From Octopus bimaculoides (Eukaryota), in NCBI RefSeq assembly GCF_001194135.2, contig NC_068984.1, positions 83,798,080 through 83,833,422 of the forward strand: DNA of 35,343 nt, in the 5' to 3' direction. Within the stretch, counting starts at the first letter, position 1; every line of letters begins with the position of its first letter. Shown here piece by piece: positions 8,984-20,189 of this stretch. The notes below the pieces were generated by a model. That model searched no databases. It worked only from the letters and a program-made list of their open reading frames with translations, and was not told the DNA's origin. A program made the position numbers and the translations under genes.

Positions 8984-9292
8984 CCACCTGACTGGCCTTT
9001 GTGGGATTTTCGAGCGAGATCGTTGCCCGTGCCCCTGGACTGGCTCTTGTGCAGGTGGCACATAAAAGACACCATTTCGAGCGTGGCTGTTTTCGTGCGG
9101 GTGACACGTAAAAGCACCCACTACACTCTCTGAGTGGTTGGCGTTAGGAAGGGCATCCAGCTGTAGAAACTCTGCCAAATTGGATTGGAGCCTGGTGATG
9201 CCATCCGGTTTCACCAGTCCTCAGTCAAATCGTCCAATCCATGCTAGCATGGAAAGCGGACGTTAAACGACGACGATGATGATGATGATGAT
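8984..9292 (+). mobile_element. Second young RTE 3'-end copy (about two units plus tail, (GAT)n end)
   Basis: Near-identical to 8741-8938 and to the reverse complement of 35109-35343. Confidence 0.9.
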
Positions 9293-9384
9293 GTTCAGAT
9301 TTCAGTTAAACTTCCAAGTAAGTTGGCTATATTTAATACATTCTTAAGGTGGAGCCAATAAAATAAGTATCTATTTTTAACAAG

Positions 9385-9560
9385 AGTACAAGGTCACCAA
9401 TTTGGAGGACAGTAACATTCAATTAAATCAATCTAGTACTTTGCTGGCACTTATTTAATGAATCTGAAAGAAAGACAAAATTGATTCCAGTGTCATTGGA
9501 ACTCAGAATGTAAAGTGATGTAACTAAATACTATAAAGTTCTATTAACCTACCATATCCA
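9385..9560 (-). mobile_element. Decayed SINE of the 14374 family (Deu/Nin-like domain)
   Basis: ctggcacttatttaatgaatctgaaag...ggaactcagaatgtaaag is a degenerate reverse complement of 14430-14530. Confidence 0.55.
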
Positions 9561-10125
9561 ATAAGTAAATGTTAATGTGATAACAGTGTTTGATTCAGTC
9601 AATCCTTTCTTGTATGTTGTTAAAATAATTCTTTTATCACTCAGGTTTCCAGGTTTCACACCCAATCATAAAATTGTTAGAAATGACAGACCACTAGGCT
9701 AAATGATTTTTAATATCTAGTTTCACACCACTATATTCAAAGGTAAACTTTCAGCTCACAACCCACAAAAGACAAGAAAATAAAAACTAGACATGTGCAA
9801 GTGAGAATTCAATTGACAATATTCTTTATTACATTTCTGTTACCTCAGGGCAACATAAAAAATCATAATTATTATATAACATAATACTAAGAATGTTGGG
9901 AAAAAAATTTGTATACTATTTAGTCACATCTCTTTATATTCCAAATTCAAATCCCACTGTTGTCAACTTCACCTTTCATTCTACTTGAGTTTGAAAAAAT
10001 ACTTAAGTGAAATACTAAGGTTAGCTACAGTAACTATATTCCTCCCTAAATCATCATTTTGTGGTTTCATAATGAAGAAAAAGACATTGATAGAAATCTT
10101 TAAAACAGTATGATTTTTTCTTTAA

Positions 10126-10989
10126 CCCTTTCAATACTAACCCAGCCGTAGCTGGCCCAAAAACTTTTTGGTTCATAAGACCAACCCGGCTATAGCCAGC
10201 CAAGAGTACCCATTGTTATTTAAATGTGAATTTAAGCACAAATCTCATTAGTACATTTGTGAAAATACGTGATTTCACTTTGTAAATAGTTGAGTTATAG
10301 TATCCAACATTGCTTGACGTGATATCTGAACTCAGTGAATTTTGGGAGATTTCTTTTTACATTTTTTCGGTGTCGATTTCTTTTTCAATTTTGAAATTGG
10401 ATAGGAGTTTCATGCTATCAAGCAGTGATTCTGAATTTAAAGGTTTTTCAACGGAAAATATGGAGATATCGAAAAAAAGAATGAATGAGGTACAAAAGCA
10501 TGTGGTGTACAAGAATTAACAGGATATTTCTGTATCCAAAACCGAAAGCAACGATTCTGAAGAAACTGAAAGTGGCAATAGCAACAGCAAAGACAATTTT
10601 ACATCGGAATGAAGTAAAAAATTTTAAATGTTTTTTTATTAGCAATTTTTCTGAGGAGATGTCTTTCTTAGGAAACAAAACCGTTAGACTTTTATTTTTT
10701 TCAGTATGCTTGTTTGAAGTGATCACTGCAGAAACAAACTGTTACGCAGAATGTAAACAAACAGTATATGCCAGAAAGCCCACGAAATGGGGGATCAAAG
10801 TTTGGAAAATTTGTGAAGCAAATACTGGGTACTGCTGTGGATTTAGTTTTTATACAGGGAAAATAATGTTAGTCAGCATGGCCTAGGGTACGATGTGGTC
10901 TGGAATTTATCACTTCCATACCATAACCAGGGCTGTATATTAATTTTTGACCGATTTTTTTAGTTCGGTCAAACTTGAAGTGGATTTAG
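10126..10989 (+). mobile_element. piggyBac-like transposon remnant, copy 1 (left end plus internally deleted transposase, right end missing)
   Basis: TTAA at 10122-10125 followed by CCCTTT and subterminal repeats (aacccagccgtagctggcc / aacccggctatagccagcc). Peptide ARKPTKWGIKVWKICEANTGYCCGFSFYTGK is characteristic of piggyBac DDD transposases. Confidence 0.85.
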
Positions 10990-11050
10990 GTGTATTCCAG
11001 TATTTCAGTTTATTTCACCTTTATGGTACACCTGTTCTGTTGTGCGTTAA

Positions 11051-13641
11051 CCCTTTTGTTACTAACCCGGCCATAGCCAGCTGAAAATATTTTGGTTCAT
11101 TAGACCAACCCGGCCATAGCCGGCCAAGAGTACCCATTGTTATTTAAATGTAAATTTGAACCTAAATCTCATTAGTACATTCGTTAAAACACGTGATTTC
11201 ACTTTGCAAACAGTTGAGTTATTGTATCCAACATTGTTTGGCGTGATATTTGAACTCAGTGAGTTTTGGAAGATTTTTTTTCTACATTTTTTTCAGCATT
11301 AATTTCTTTCAACTTTGAAAATGGAGAGGAGTTTCATGTTATCAAGCAGTGATTCCAAATTTGAAGGCTTTTCAACAGACGGAAGATATGGAGATATTGA
11401 GGAAAAGAACGAATGAGGAGCAAAAGTATGTGGTGGACAAAAATGAATCGGATATTTCTGTATCCGAAACCGAAAGCAGCGATTCTGAAGAAACTGAAAC
11501 CAGTGACATAAACAGTGAGGATGATTTTACACCAGAATGGAGTACAAAGTTTAAAAAGTTTTTATTAACAATTTTTCTGAGGAGACAGGGTCTTCCCATA
11601 GTCTTTCTCAGGAAGCGAAACCATTAGACTTTTTATTTTTTTATTTTTTCCAGCATGCTTGTTTGAAGCAATCACTGCGGAAACAAACCGTTACGCAGAA
11701 TGTAAACAAGCTGGAAAAAAGGTAGATGAAATACGGACACTTTTTTGCCATAAATATTATTATGAGTATAAGACAGTTAACCAGAATTACAAATTACTGG
11801 AGCAATCAGGAACCCTTTGGCAATCAGTATGTTTCCAGTATAGGCGTAAGAGTGGCTGTGTGGTAAGTAGCTATAGGCGTAGGAGTGGCTGTGGTAAGTA
11901 GCTTGCTTACCAACCACATGGTTCCGAGTTCAGTCCCACTGTGAGGCACTTTGGGCAAGCGTCTTCTACTATAGCCTCGGGCTGACCAAAGCCTTGCGAG
12001 TGGATTTCGTAGACGGAAACTGAAAGAAGCCGGTCATCTATATATATGTGTGTGTGTGTGTGTGCATGCGTGCGTGCGTATGGTTGTGTGTCTATGTTTG
12101 TCTCCCCAACATCACTTTACGTCCCCATAACTTAGCAATTCGGCAAAGTGACCGACAGAATAAGTACTAAGCTTACAAAGAATAAGTCTTGGGGTCAATT
12201 TGCTCTACTAAAGGCAGTGCTCCAGCATGGCCACAGTCAAATGATTGAAACGAGTAAAAGAGTATTATGACCCAAATACGATTTGTGAAACTGAGCCAAT
12301 ATTTACATGTGAGAGATGTAAATACTGGGTACTGCTATGGGTTCAATTTTTTATATAGGGAAAAGGGGACAATGATGTAAGCCAGCATAGCCTAGGGATC
12401 AATGTGGTCTGAAATTTCTCACTCCCACACTATAACCAGGGCCATATAGTATTTCTTCAGATCGGTCAAACTTGCAGTGGATTTAGAAGCTATGGCAACA
12501 TAAACATGTGCTACAGTAGTTGCATGTAGGGAAGGGATATCATTGGATATAAAAAAGCAAAATTTAAAAAAAAAAAGAGGCGAAATAATCCAACAGCAGA
12601 ACGGAAATTTGCTAGCAACTACATAGTGATAAAAGGCACATCAATTTTCTATCTACCTGTATGCAACTAAGTGGATGAAAATGGCATCCCATTTGTGAAC
12701 CTCGATTTAATAAGTACACGGGTGGTTTAGATCAGCAGAATCTACCACCTGGGTAATAAATGGTAGAGATATAGGGTTTGGTATATAGTAAATATGAGTA
12801 TTGTTAATGCATTTATACTATATACCATATCGGGAGAGCTCGAAAGCAATGCAATTCCAAGCACATGTAGCAACACAGTTGAGGGCTGATTTTGCATCCA
12901 AAATAATAACTACTGAGAGAAAAACTAAAACCTACCAGAGGAATATCCCACCGAATTCAATCAATCTTCATAAATTACAGAAAAATCAAGGGTTACAAAA
13001 GGTAGAGCTGCAAATGTTTTCAATGAATGCTCCAAGTAGACCAGCAGTTAAAACAACTTTCCCATGTGCATTCTGCAAGGTTACATTATGTAGAGTGGGA
13101 TGCTTTACAAGTTTCCATGATAAAAGTAGAGAGAGTGTGTGTGCACGTGTGTACTTGATTTTATAAATATTCTTTTTTAACTATTCATAATTTTAATTTA
13201 CTTGCAAGGTGGGTGACAAATTTTGATCAATCTGTATTGTGAACATTATTATGTTTCTGTATATTTACATATGTGTGATTTTATTTCATTCAGTTACTGC
13301 TAAGTGTATTTTCTAGTTTGCTTTAAAGATAAATTCCAGTGTTTCATTCTATTTTTTCCCTTTATTACTACCCATGTCTTATATGTATTTAAGTTCAACT
13401 GACAATACAGTAATGTGCATAACTTTTCTATTTTAAAATTTTGTTGCATGCTCCACTGAACATTAGCTAATAACTCAATTGCTATGGTGATGTTTAAACA
13501 AAATGGAAATAATTTTATATTTAGTTAAATTTACTTGTAATCTGAGTCGCTTTGAGACAAAAATTATGCAACAGATTCAAGAACCTTTCGTTAAATTGTG
13601 TTCCAAAAATCACAATATGTTGATATGTAAAAAAAGGTTGA
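11051..13641 (+). mobile_element. piggyBac-like transposon remnant, copy 2 (pseudogenised transposase, degenerate right end)
   Basis: TTAA at 11047-11050 followed by CCCTTTTGTTACTAAC. Acidic N-terminus, then YWSNQEPFGNQYVSSIMTQIRFVKLSQYLHV, NTGYCYGFNFYIGK, NKYTGGLD, and the C-terminal Cys-rich CAFCKVTLCRVGCFTSFH. Weak right-end match gttgatatgtaaaaaaaggttga at ~13619-13641. Confidence 0.85.
11841..12260 (+). mobile_element. tRNA-headed SINE (Meta/MESC-like domain) with a duplicated 5' head, inserted in the piggyBac ORF
   Basis: A-box-like tggtaagtagc, B-box-like gagttcagtcc, centre gccttgcgagtggatttcgtagacggaaactgaaagaagcc, internal (TA)(TG) run. agta occurs on both sides (11837-11840 and 12261-12264). 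Confidence 0.9.
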
Positions 13642-14373
13642 GTAGTTTACGAAACCAGTCTAAATTCACAATTATATTAATATTTAATTGAAATACATAA
13701 TGTATATATTTTAGTTAGAAATATAATTACAAAATGGATTAAAATTTGCCATTTCAAGGAGATTCAAACCAAGTCATCAATCACCATCATCTATTAATTA
13801 CAAATATCTCAAATATCCTCAGTGAATATATTATTGTGAGGCTAGATTCAAATTCGCAGATACCTAGAAAAGAATTCAATCTTCCAAAATATAACAATTA
13901 AATCTATATATGAGAATTAAAATCTATATAATACGATAATTCAAATACTGTTTATATGTGTGCCCCTTGTTTTAAGACTACATCATGCTACAGTAAAGTG
14001 TTTCAACCAATGTAGGCTTAAGAATAAGCTCTTGTGCATAAAAAAATTTCATGTGGATCTGGCCCCAAGTTTCAAAATTGAAGAATTTTATTCATCATTT
14101 TACCAACACATTACAAATTTCTAACAACATATCTGAATGACAAGAGAAAATAACACATTAGCAATACAAACACACACAAACATACATTCAGCACTAACAC
14201 AAAGACATTATTCATAAAATGAGCACATAAATACAAACACAAGTGCACACATATTTGAACACACAAATGTCAATCCTAATCATGCAAGTGCATGCGCATG
14301 TACGTACACACACAAAACTTAGATAATAAGAACAGAGATGTACAAGTATAAACAAATATACATAGTAATGAAT

Positions 14374-14609
14374 GGCGGCGAGCTGGCAGAACCGTTAGCA
14401 CACCGGGCAAAATGCTTAGCGGTATTTCGTCTGCCTGCTACGTTCTGAGTTCAAATTCCGCCGAGGTCGACTTTGCCTTTCATCCTTTCGGGGTCGATTA
14501 AATAAGTACCAGTTACGCACTGGGGTCGATATAATTGATTTAATCCGTTTGTCTGTCCTTGTTTGTCCCCTCTGTGTGTAGCCCCTTGTGGGTAGTAAAG
14601 AAATAATAT
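14374..14609 (+). mobile_element. Young tRNA-headed SINE (Deu/Nin-like domain) with 13-bp TSD
   Basis: Head ggcggcgagctggcagaaccgttagc...gagttcaaattcc, centre ctttgcctttcatcctttcggggtcgattaaataagtacc. TSD atagtaatgaatg at 14362-14374 and 14610-14622. Confidence 0.92.
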
Positions 14610-14748
14610 ATAGTAATGAATGCTGTACACAGATTTACACATAAGTATATACAAAACAATTGTTTGTTTCAACAGGAAGGTTAATGACTTCATTTATGAA
14701 TGAATTTTTTTTTTTTTAGATGAGTCTCTCTTTCTCTCCCTATACATA

Positions 14749-15787
14749 TCATTATCATCGTTTAACGTCCGCTTTCGATGCTGACATGGGTTGAATGGTT
14801 TGACTGAGGGCTGGCAAGCCAGAAGGCTGCACGAGGCTCTAATCTGATCTGGCGAGGTTTCTACAGCTGAATGCCCTTCCTAATGCCAACCACTCCGAGA
14901 GTGTAGTGGGTGCTTTTTACATGCCACACGAGGTACAGTCAGACAGTACTGGCATCAACAATGCTTGAATGGTGCTTTTTACATGCCACCGGCACAGGAG
15001 CCAGTCAGGGGGCACCGGCAACAAACAAGCTCAAATGGTACTTTTTTTTACATGCTACTGACATGGGACCAGTCAGCTGACACTGGGATCAACCACGCTC
15101 GAATGGTGCTTTTTACATTCCACTGGCACGGGTGCAAATCAGGCAGTACTGTCATCGGCCACGACAATGACTTCACTTGACTCGACAGGTCTTTGCAAGT
15201 GCAGTTTATTAGTTGAAGAATACTCTTAAATGGGCTGGTTATGCTGCACTGGCATAGACCATGGTTATGGTTTCACTTGGCTTGCTGGGTCTTCTCAAGC
15301 ATATCTCCAAAGGTCTCAGTCATTTGTCATCGCCTCCATGAGGTCCAACGTTCAAAGGTCATGCTTCACTACCTCATCCCAGGTCTTCTTGGGTCTATCT
15401 CTTCCACAGGTTCCCTTAACTGCTAGGGTGTGACACTTTTTCACACAGCTGTCCTCATCCATTCGCAACACATGACTATACCAGCGTAGTTGTCTCTCTT
15501 GCACACCACATCTGATGCTTCTTATATCCAACTTTTCTCTCAGGGTGCTTACACTCTGTCATGTATGCACACTGGCATTACACATCCAGCAGAGCATACT
15601 AACTTCTTTCCTTGCAAGCTTATGCATGTCCTCAGCAGTCACGGCCCATGTTTCACTGCCATGCAGCATGGCTGTTCGCACACGTGTCATATAGTCTACC
15701 TTTTACTCTGAGCAAGAGGCCCTTTGTCACCAGCAGAGGTAGGAGTTCTCTGAACTTTGCCCAGGCTATTCTTATTCTAGCAGCTAC
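14749..15787 (-). mobile_element. 5'-truncated RTE LINE: ORF C-terminus, 3' region with four ~62-bp units, tail
   Basis: AARIRIAWAKFRELLPLLVTKGLLLRVKGRLYD (within ORF 15653-15952), then a frameshifted C-terminus. Units at ~14915-15180; tail catcgtttaacgtccgc. Confidence 0.9.
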
Positions 15788-16110
15788 ATACATCTTCCTG
15801 CACATATGTACATGTGAATGCACATATATACATATGCACACCACACACACATATGCATGTATACATACACTCACACATACATACATATAGTTTAAGTGTA
15901 TACACAGACTTGTAATAATGAACATTAAACACAGACCTAAATACAAGTACATAGAGAAATAATCAACCGTGTTTCAGGAAGGTAAATAATTTCATGATTT
16001 ATAAATAAAAATTTTTTAGGTGGATCGTTGTCTCTCTCTTCCTCTCTATATATACATGTACAAGTGCATGCTTATGTGTGTATACATATAAATGCATATA
16101 TATATATAAA

Positions 16111-16113
<3 letters not shown>

Positions 16114-16158
<45 letters not shown>
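16114..16158. repeat. (TA)n microsatellite
   Basis: Direct reading. Confidence 0.95.
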
Positions 16159-16163
<5 letters not shown>

Positions 16164-16609
16164 ACCTTTGCAAAAGGTATATAAGCACCTATGTATAAGC
16201 ACCTTGGCAAAATCATTTTAACTGTATTCAACTTGCCTAGGCAGGTGAAAGTGACATGACAACAGGTAAAAATCAAGAAGTAAAAACCACATTCACAATG
16301 TACACCAATGAACAGTATATTGTATCGACAAATTTCCTCTAGATTCATGCAAATTCTAAACTAGACTAACTGCATTTCAACAAAATCTCTAATTTCTAAC
16401 AGAACTAAGAGGTTTATAAAGAGAAAGCAGTAGAGGACTTCAAAAAATTAGACATGGTGACCAAACAAGATATGTTCCCAAAATTTCAACAAAAGAAACA
16501 AAAACTATTTAAACAGAAATAAAAGACGATTCTACAAGCAGATATTCCACAATAACTACAAATAACATTAACCAAAATTATAATAAAGTTAACAATTCTT
16601 TTACTATTA

Positions 16610-16820
16610 TTAGTTTCAAATTTTGGCACAAGATCAAGAAGTTTGGGGAAGGAAGTATATAAGTTGATTACATCAACTCCAGTGCTCAACTGGTACTTAT
16701 TTTATCAACTCTGAAAGAATGAATAGTGAAGTTGACCTTGGCAGAATTTGAACTCAGAATGTAAAGATGGACAAAATGCCACTAAGCATTTTGCTAGCAA
16801 TTCTGACATCTGGTCACTTT
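16610..16820 (-). mobile_element. SINE of the 14374 family
   Basis: ctggtacttattttatcaactctgaaagaatgaa...gcagaatttgaactcagaatgtaaagatggac is the reverse complement of the family centre and head. Confidence 0.8.
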
Positions 16821-17162
16821 AATTCTTTTACTAATATTACTAGACAAAGAGAAGCGCTAAATATTAGCCAGAAGATAAAACCTGTCAGCAGCTGGATGCT
16901 AAAGCAAGAATTCTTGACCAAGGAGATTTATCAAAAGACAGATCAGGACAAAGATAATTTATCTCTGCTTCAAAAATGAAGAAGGTTTTCAATTGGCCCT
17001 AAAATTGAAATATAGTTTCCATTAACTGGGTAAGCATGAGTGTATCTGATCTTCATGACCAAGGAGGTGGCATGATAACAAGCCAAGTTGGTGCATCCCC
17101 CCTTACACACACTCCTACCCACAAACATCTACCACAATAAATGGGAGGGACATTCAGTGATG

Positions 17163-17189
17163 TTCACCTTTGCCTCTCTACAGGTAAGT
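17163..17189 (+). promoter_or_regulatory. Juxtaposed 3' and 5' splice sites (recursive-splice-site-like motif)
   Basis: ttcacctttgcctctctacag|GTAAGT: a pyrimidine tract and CAG followed directly by a perfect donor at 17183/17184. Confidence 0.35.
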
Positions 17190-17879
17190 AATGAAATATG
17201 GTATCTGGTTGGGAGGAGTCTGTATGGAGACATAAGTCCTAATGACCAACAAGAGACACTTTCCCCAGCCACACTCATAGTCCCACCTTATCTTTTTGCA
17301 AAAATTAGGGCATAGAGAGTAAACACATGGTAAACTGTTGGAGACAACACACACAAAGGAAATAAACAAAAATAAGTAGAATATAGCAAAATCGTTCCCA
17401 CCTCTAAATGACATAACCATCACAGTTGTATGAAACAATGATTAAAAACTAGTGGAAGGTTTTGAGAAAAACAAAAACAGGGTGTTAATTGGAGAAATGG
17501 AAATCAGCTGAAAGAGTTCAAAAGACGCTCGAATGATAGGCTATTAGTAAAAACCACACCAACAACTTATAACCTGAAAAATACCAGGTCAGATGGGATG
17601 CTACTTTGATTTATGAAAGCATTTCAGTCTTATCAACCTGAAAAATTTCAATACTAAGTTAAGAAGGACACAGATTTTTTTAACTAACAACCTTATTGAC
17701 TATCTAGTACTTTTTAAACTCACACCTACTGACCATATTAAGATAGATAAAAAAAATATTCAGCATGCCAGTAGCTTGTAGCAGTCAGTCACACATCAGA
17801 AAAGGTTCTCCTGAATAATTTACTACAAGAAGGAAACTTAATATATAACATAGTAACAAATGTTTATTGTGGTTAAAAA

Positions 17880-18335
17880 TCAACCTTGTTGGGATTTGAA
17901 CTTGGACCATAGAGAAATAAAACAAAATAGTGTACAGCATATTTAGTCTGGTTATTCTACCTTGTCATGCCACCTAATAAGACTTTCTGATATTGGCACA
18001 AGGCTGCAAATTTGTAGAGAATGGATACAGCTGACTGAATTAATGCCCCAGCTATTGTGGTACTTATTTTATCAAGCCAGAAGGATGAAAGGCATCAACC
18101 ATGGCAACATTTGAAGACAGCATGTAAAAGGATGTAACTAAAAAGTATAAAGTGTTTTTATGTAGCATTGTACCATTTCTGCTACTCCACAGCTCAACTA
18201 CTTTTACTAATGATTTCTGACAAACACAAGGAAACATTTTGGAAAACAACACAGTAAATCACAGTTACTATTTTAGCAATCCCAGAAATATAAAGGACAA
18301 AGTCAGCCTTGGCAGAATTTGAACTCAGAACATAA
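17880..18335 (-). mobile_element. Cluster of three decayed fragments of the 14374-family SINE
   Basis: gggatttgaacttgg (~17890), gtacttattttatcaagccagaaggatgaaaggc (~18060-18095), ttggcagaatttgaactcagaac (~18309-18331). Confidence 0.6.
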
Positions 18336-18994
18336 TATAAGCCAATTGTCCAGTACTTCGCTGACATTTTACAAATAATAACAAAAGAATTCTATCTCCT
18401 GATATATGTATAATGTTAAGTGTGGTTCTATATAACAGTAAAAGTAGAAGAATTTTGCTAATTAAAAAGAACATGCTGAGTAATCTATTAGATGCGTATC
18501 ATGAGTATGATAGATGAGGTGGTATAGGTGAATGATTATGAGAAAGAGAGAGGAAAGAGAAACAGTAAAAGAAATAATAGTAGTGAGTGCTGTGTTGCAC
18601 CCAATAAGCTTTGTTTAAATAGATATATATTGCAGAGGAATACAGTAGAAAATTCATTTCATCAGAACTAAATCTCACTTATATTATGAAGAAAACATGC
18701 TCTAAGTTTTAGGTCTTTTAAACTAAAACCCGTTGATACACTGAGGAACCACTTATAAGAAAATGAAGGTGAAGCAGGATGACCTGAGAGTCTAAATACT
18801 GAATAAGGAAATCTGAATTGCTAAAGGCCAAAGGTAGGCATCAGAGTAGAAATTATTAATAAACTGAAATACATGTGAAGTAAAATAGCAAAACAAACCT
18901 GGGGGAGGCAGACTAATACAATCAACTAAGGAGAGAAATAAGCTAGTTAAAAGCAATATTGCACACTTATTTAAAAATTGGAATGATTGCTTAC

Positions 18995-19068
18995 ATGCAA
19001 TTTCATTATGATTTTCACATTGCCACAGTATTATCAAGTCACGATAGCTCGGAAACATTTATTCTACT
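18995..19068 (-). other. Candidate 74-nt non-coding (5'UTR) exon containing an ATG at 19058
   Basis: Very strong acceptor gatttttctttatttttttcag| and donor CAT|gtaagc. All three entry frames are closed, so it is not an internal coding exon. Confidence 0.4.
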
Positions 19069-19789
19069 CTGAAAAAAATAAAGAAAAATCAGTTATTTTA
19101 CCAGATGACTCTCTTTATGACACATACAGCAATTCAATGTACACACAGATATATATAAAGTTTTATATTGAGTATCACCAATTAAGTTAAATTACAAATC
19201 AGCATGTAAATAACAATTTTCAAGGACAGAACATATCTTAAAGTAAGAATTACAATCTGGTTTCAATTTTGATATGTGATCACTTCATTTATGCTGCACT
19301 CCTGAAAAAGACATGACTATCACAACTCCCATTTCCCTCTCACATGAATAAGTAAGAAATAAATAGTGAAGAGCGTCTGAGTGTGTCATTTGTGTCTGAT
19401 AAATTTAATTCTGAATCTTATAAAGGACTTTATTTCAGATAACTACCAATCAAGAAAAATTGAATATCTCCACCAGTGATGATGATAAATCTGATTCACC
19501 AATTCCACATACTTACTGAAACCTACATACTAACAAAATAACTTACTAACCTAAAAAAAATTCTTTTTGTTTTTTATCATTTCATGCCTTGCCATCCACA
19601 AAATTCAAACCATGAAACTCCCTTTGTGGTTTTATTTACTAAATTTTCTATTTAGACCAATTATAAATTTCTGGAGCTTTTAAGTAGTAGATAAGCTGTA
19701 GTTTATTCAGACAAATGAATGAAGTCTGTCTCGAGTCTACAGGCTAAAGCAGGTGCTTATCCAGATCTTCAAGGTATTTAGACTGAATG

Positions 19790-19930
19790 CACAAGGCTCC
19801 TCCCTGAATGGGATACCAATCTGTAATAGAGTTAACCCCCATGTGCCATTGACACTCATTTTCAGTTAAGTATAATGGAGCAACATGAAGTACCAATGAA
19901 CCCAACACCCTAACCACTAAGTTACATACC
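19790..19930 (-). mobile_element. Decayed CORE-like SINE
   Basis: Reverse complement reads tagtggttagggtgttgg...tcatgttgctcca...tgaaaatgagtg...ggtatcccattcaggg; the head is shared with 22245-22520. Confidence 0.5.
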
Positions 19931-20189
19931 TTCACAAACTATAAAGAAAATATTTAAAAAACCAAGAATACAAGGAAAATACTTTTGTCAGTAAAAACCA
20001 ATTTGTAAAATTTGAATACTGTATGGAGAGTTTTGACATTCTTAAAGAAACAATCTACTTAAATTTTGCATATAGTGTGCAAGAAAGAACATTTTTAATT
20101 TCAAAATTATTTTAAACTGTGTATTTAAGGTCAAATAGTATTGCTGCAATTTTATTTTGAACAGAATATGAAAATAAATGTAAATTAAA

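Larger units (their letters stand above)
16400..17640 (+). mobile_element. Possible very old R4/Dong-like non-LTR remnant, interrupted by a SINE
   Basis: Frameshifted motifs QQK-QKLFKQ/NKRRFYKQI (~16485-16540) and an N-K-PG-DG...MKAF-like segment (~17570-17620), in the expected order. Very degenerate. Confidence 0.25.

Noticed and set aside
11874-11945. SINE heads here and at 14374, 22520 and 30413 as tRNA genes
   Set aside because: A/B-box-like motifs are present but there is no full cloverleaf, and each continues into SINE body sequence.
10485-13166. piggyBac ORFs (133, 92, 80 and 121 aa) as a domesticated PGBD-like gene
   Set aside because: Multiple frameshifts, stops, large deletions and a SINE insertion. 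The catalytic region is incomplete in both copies.
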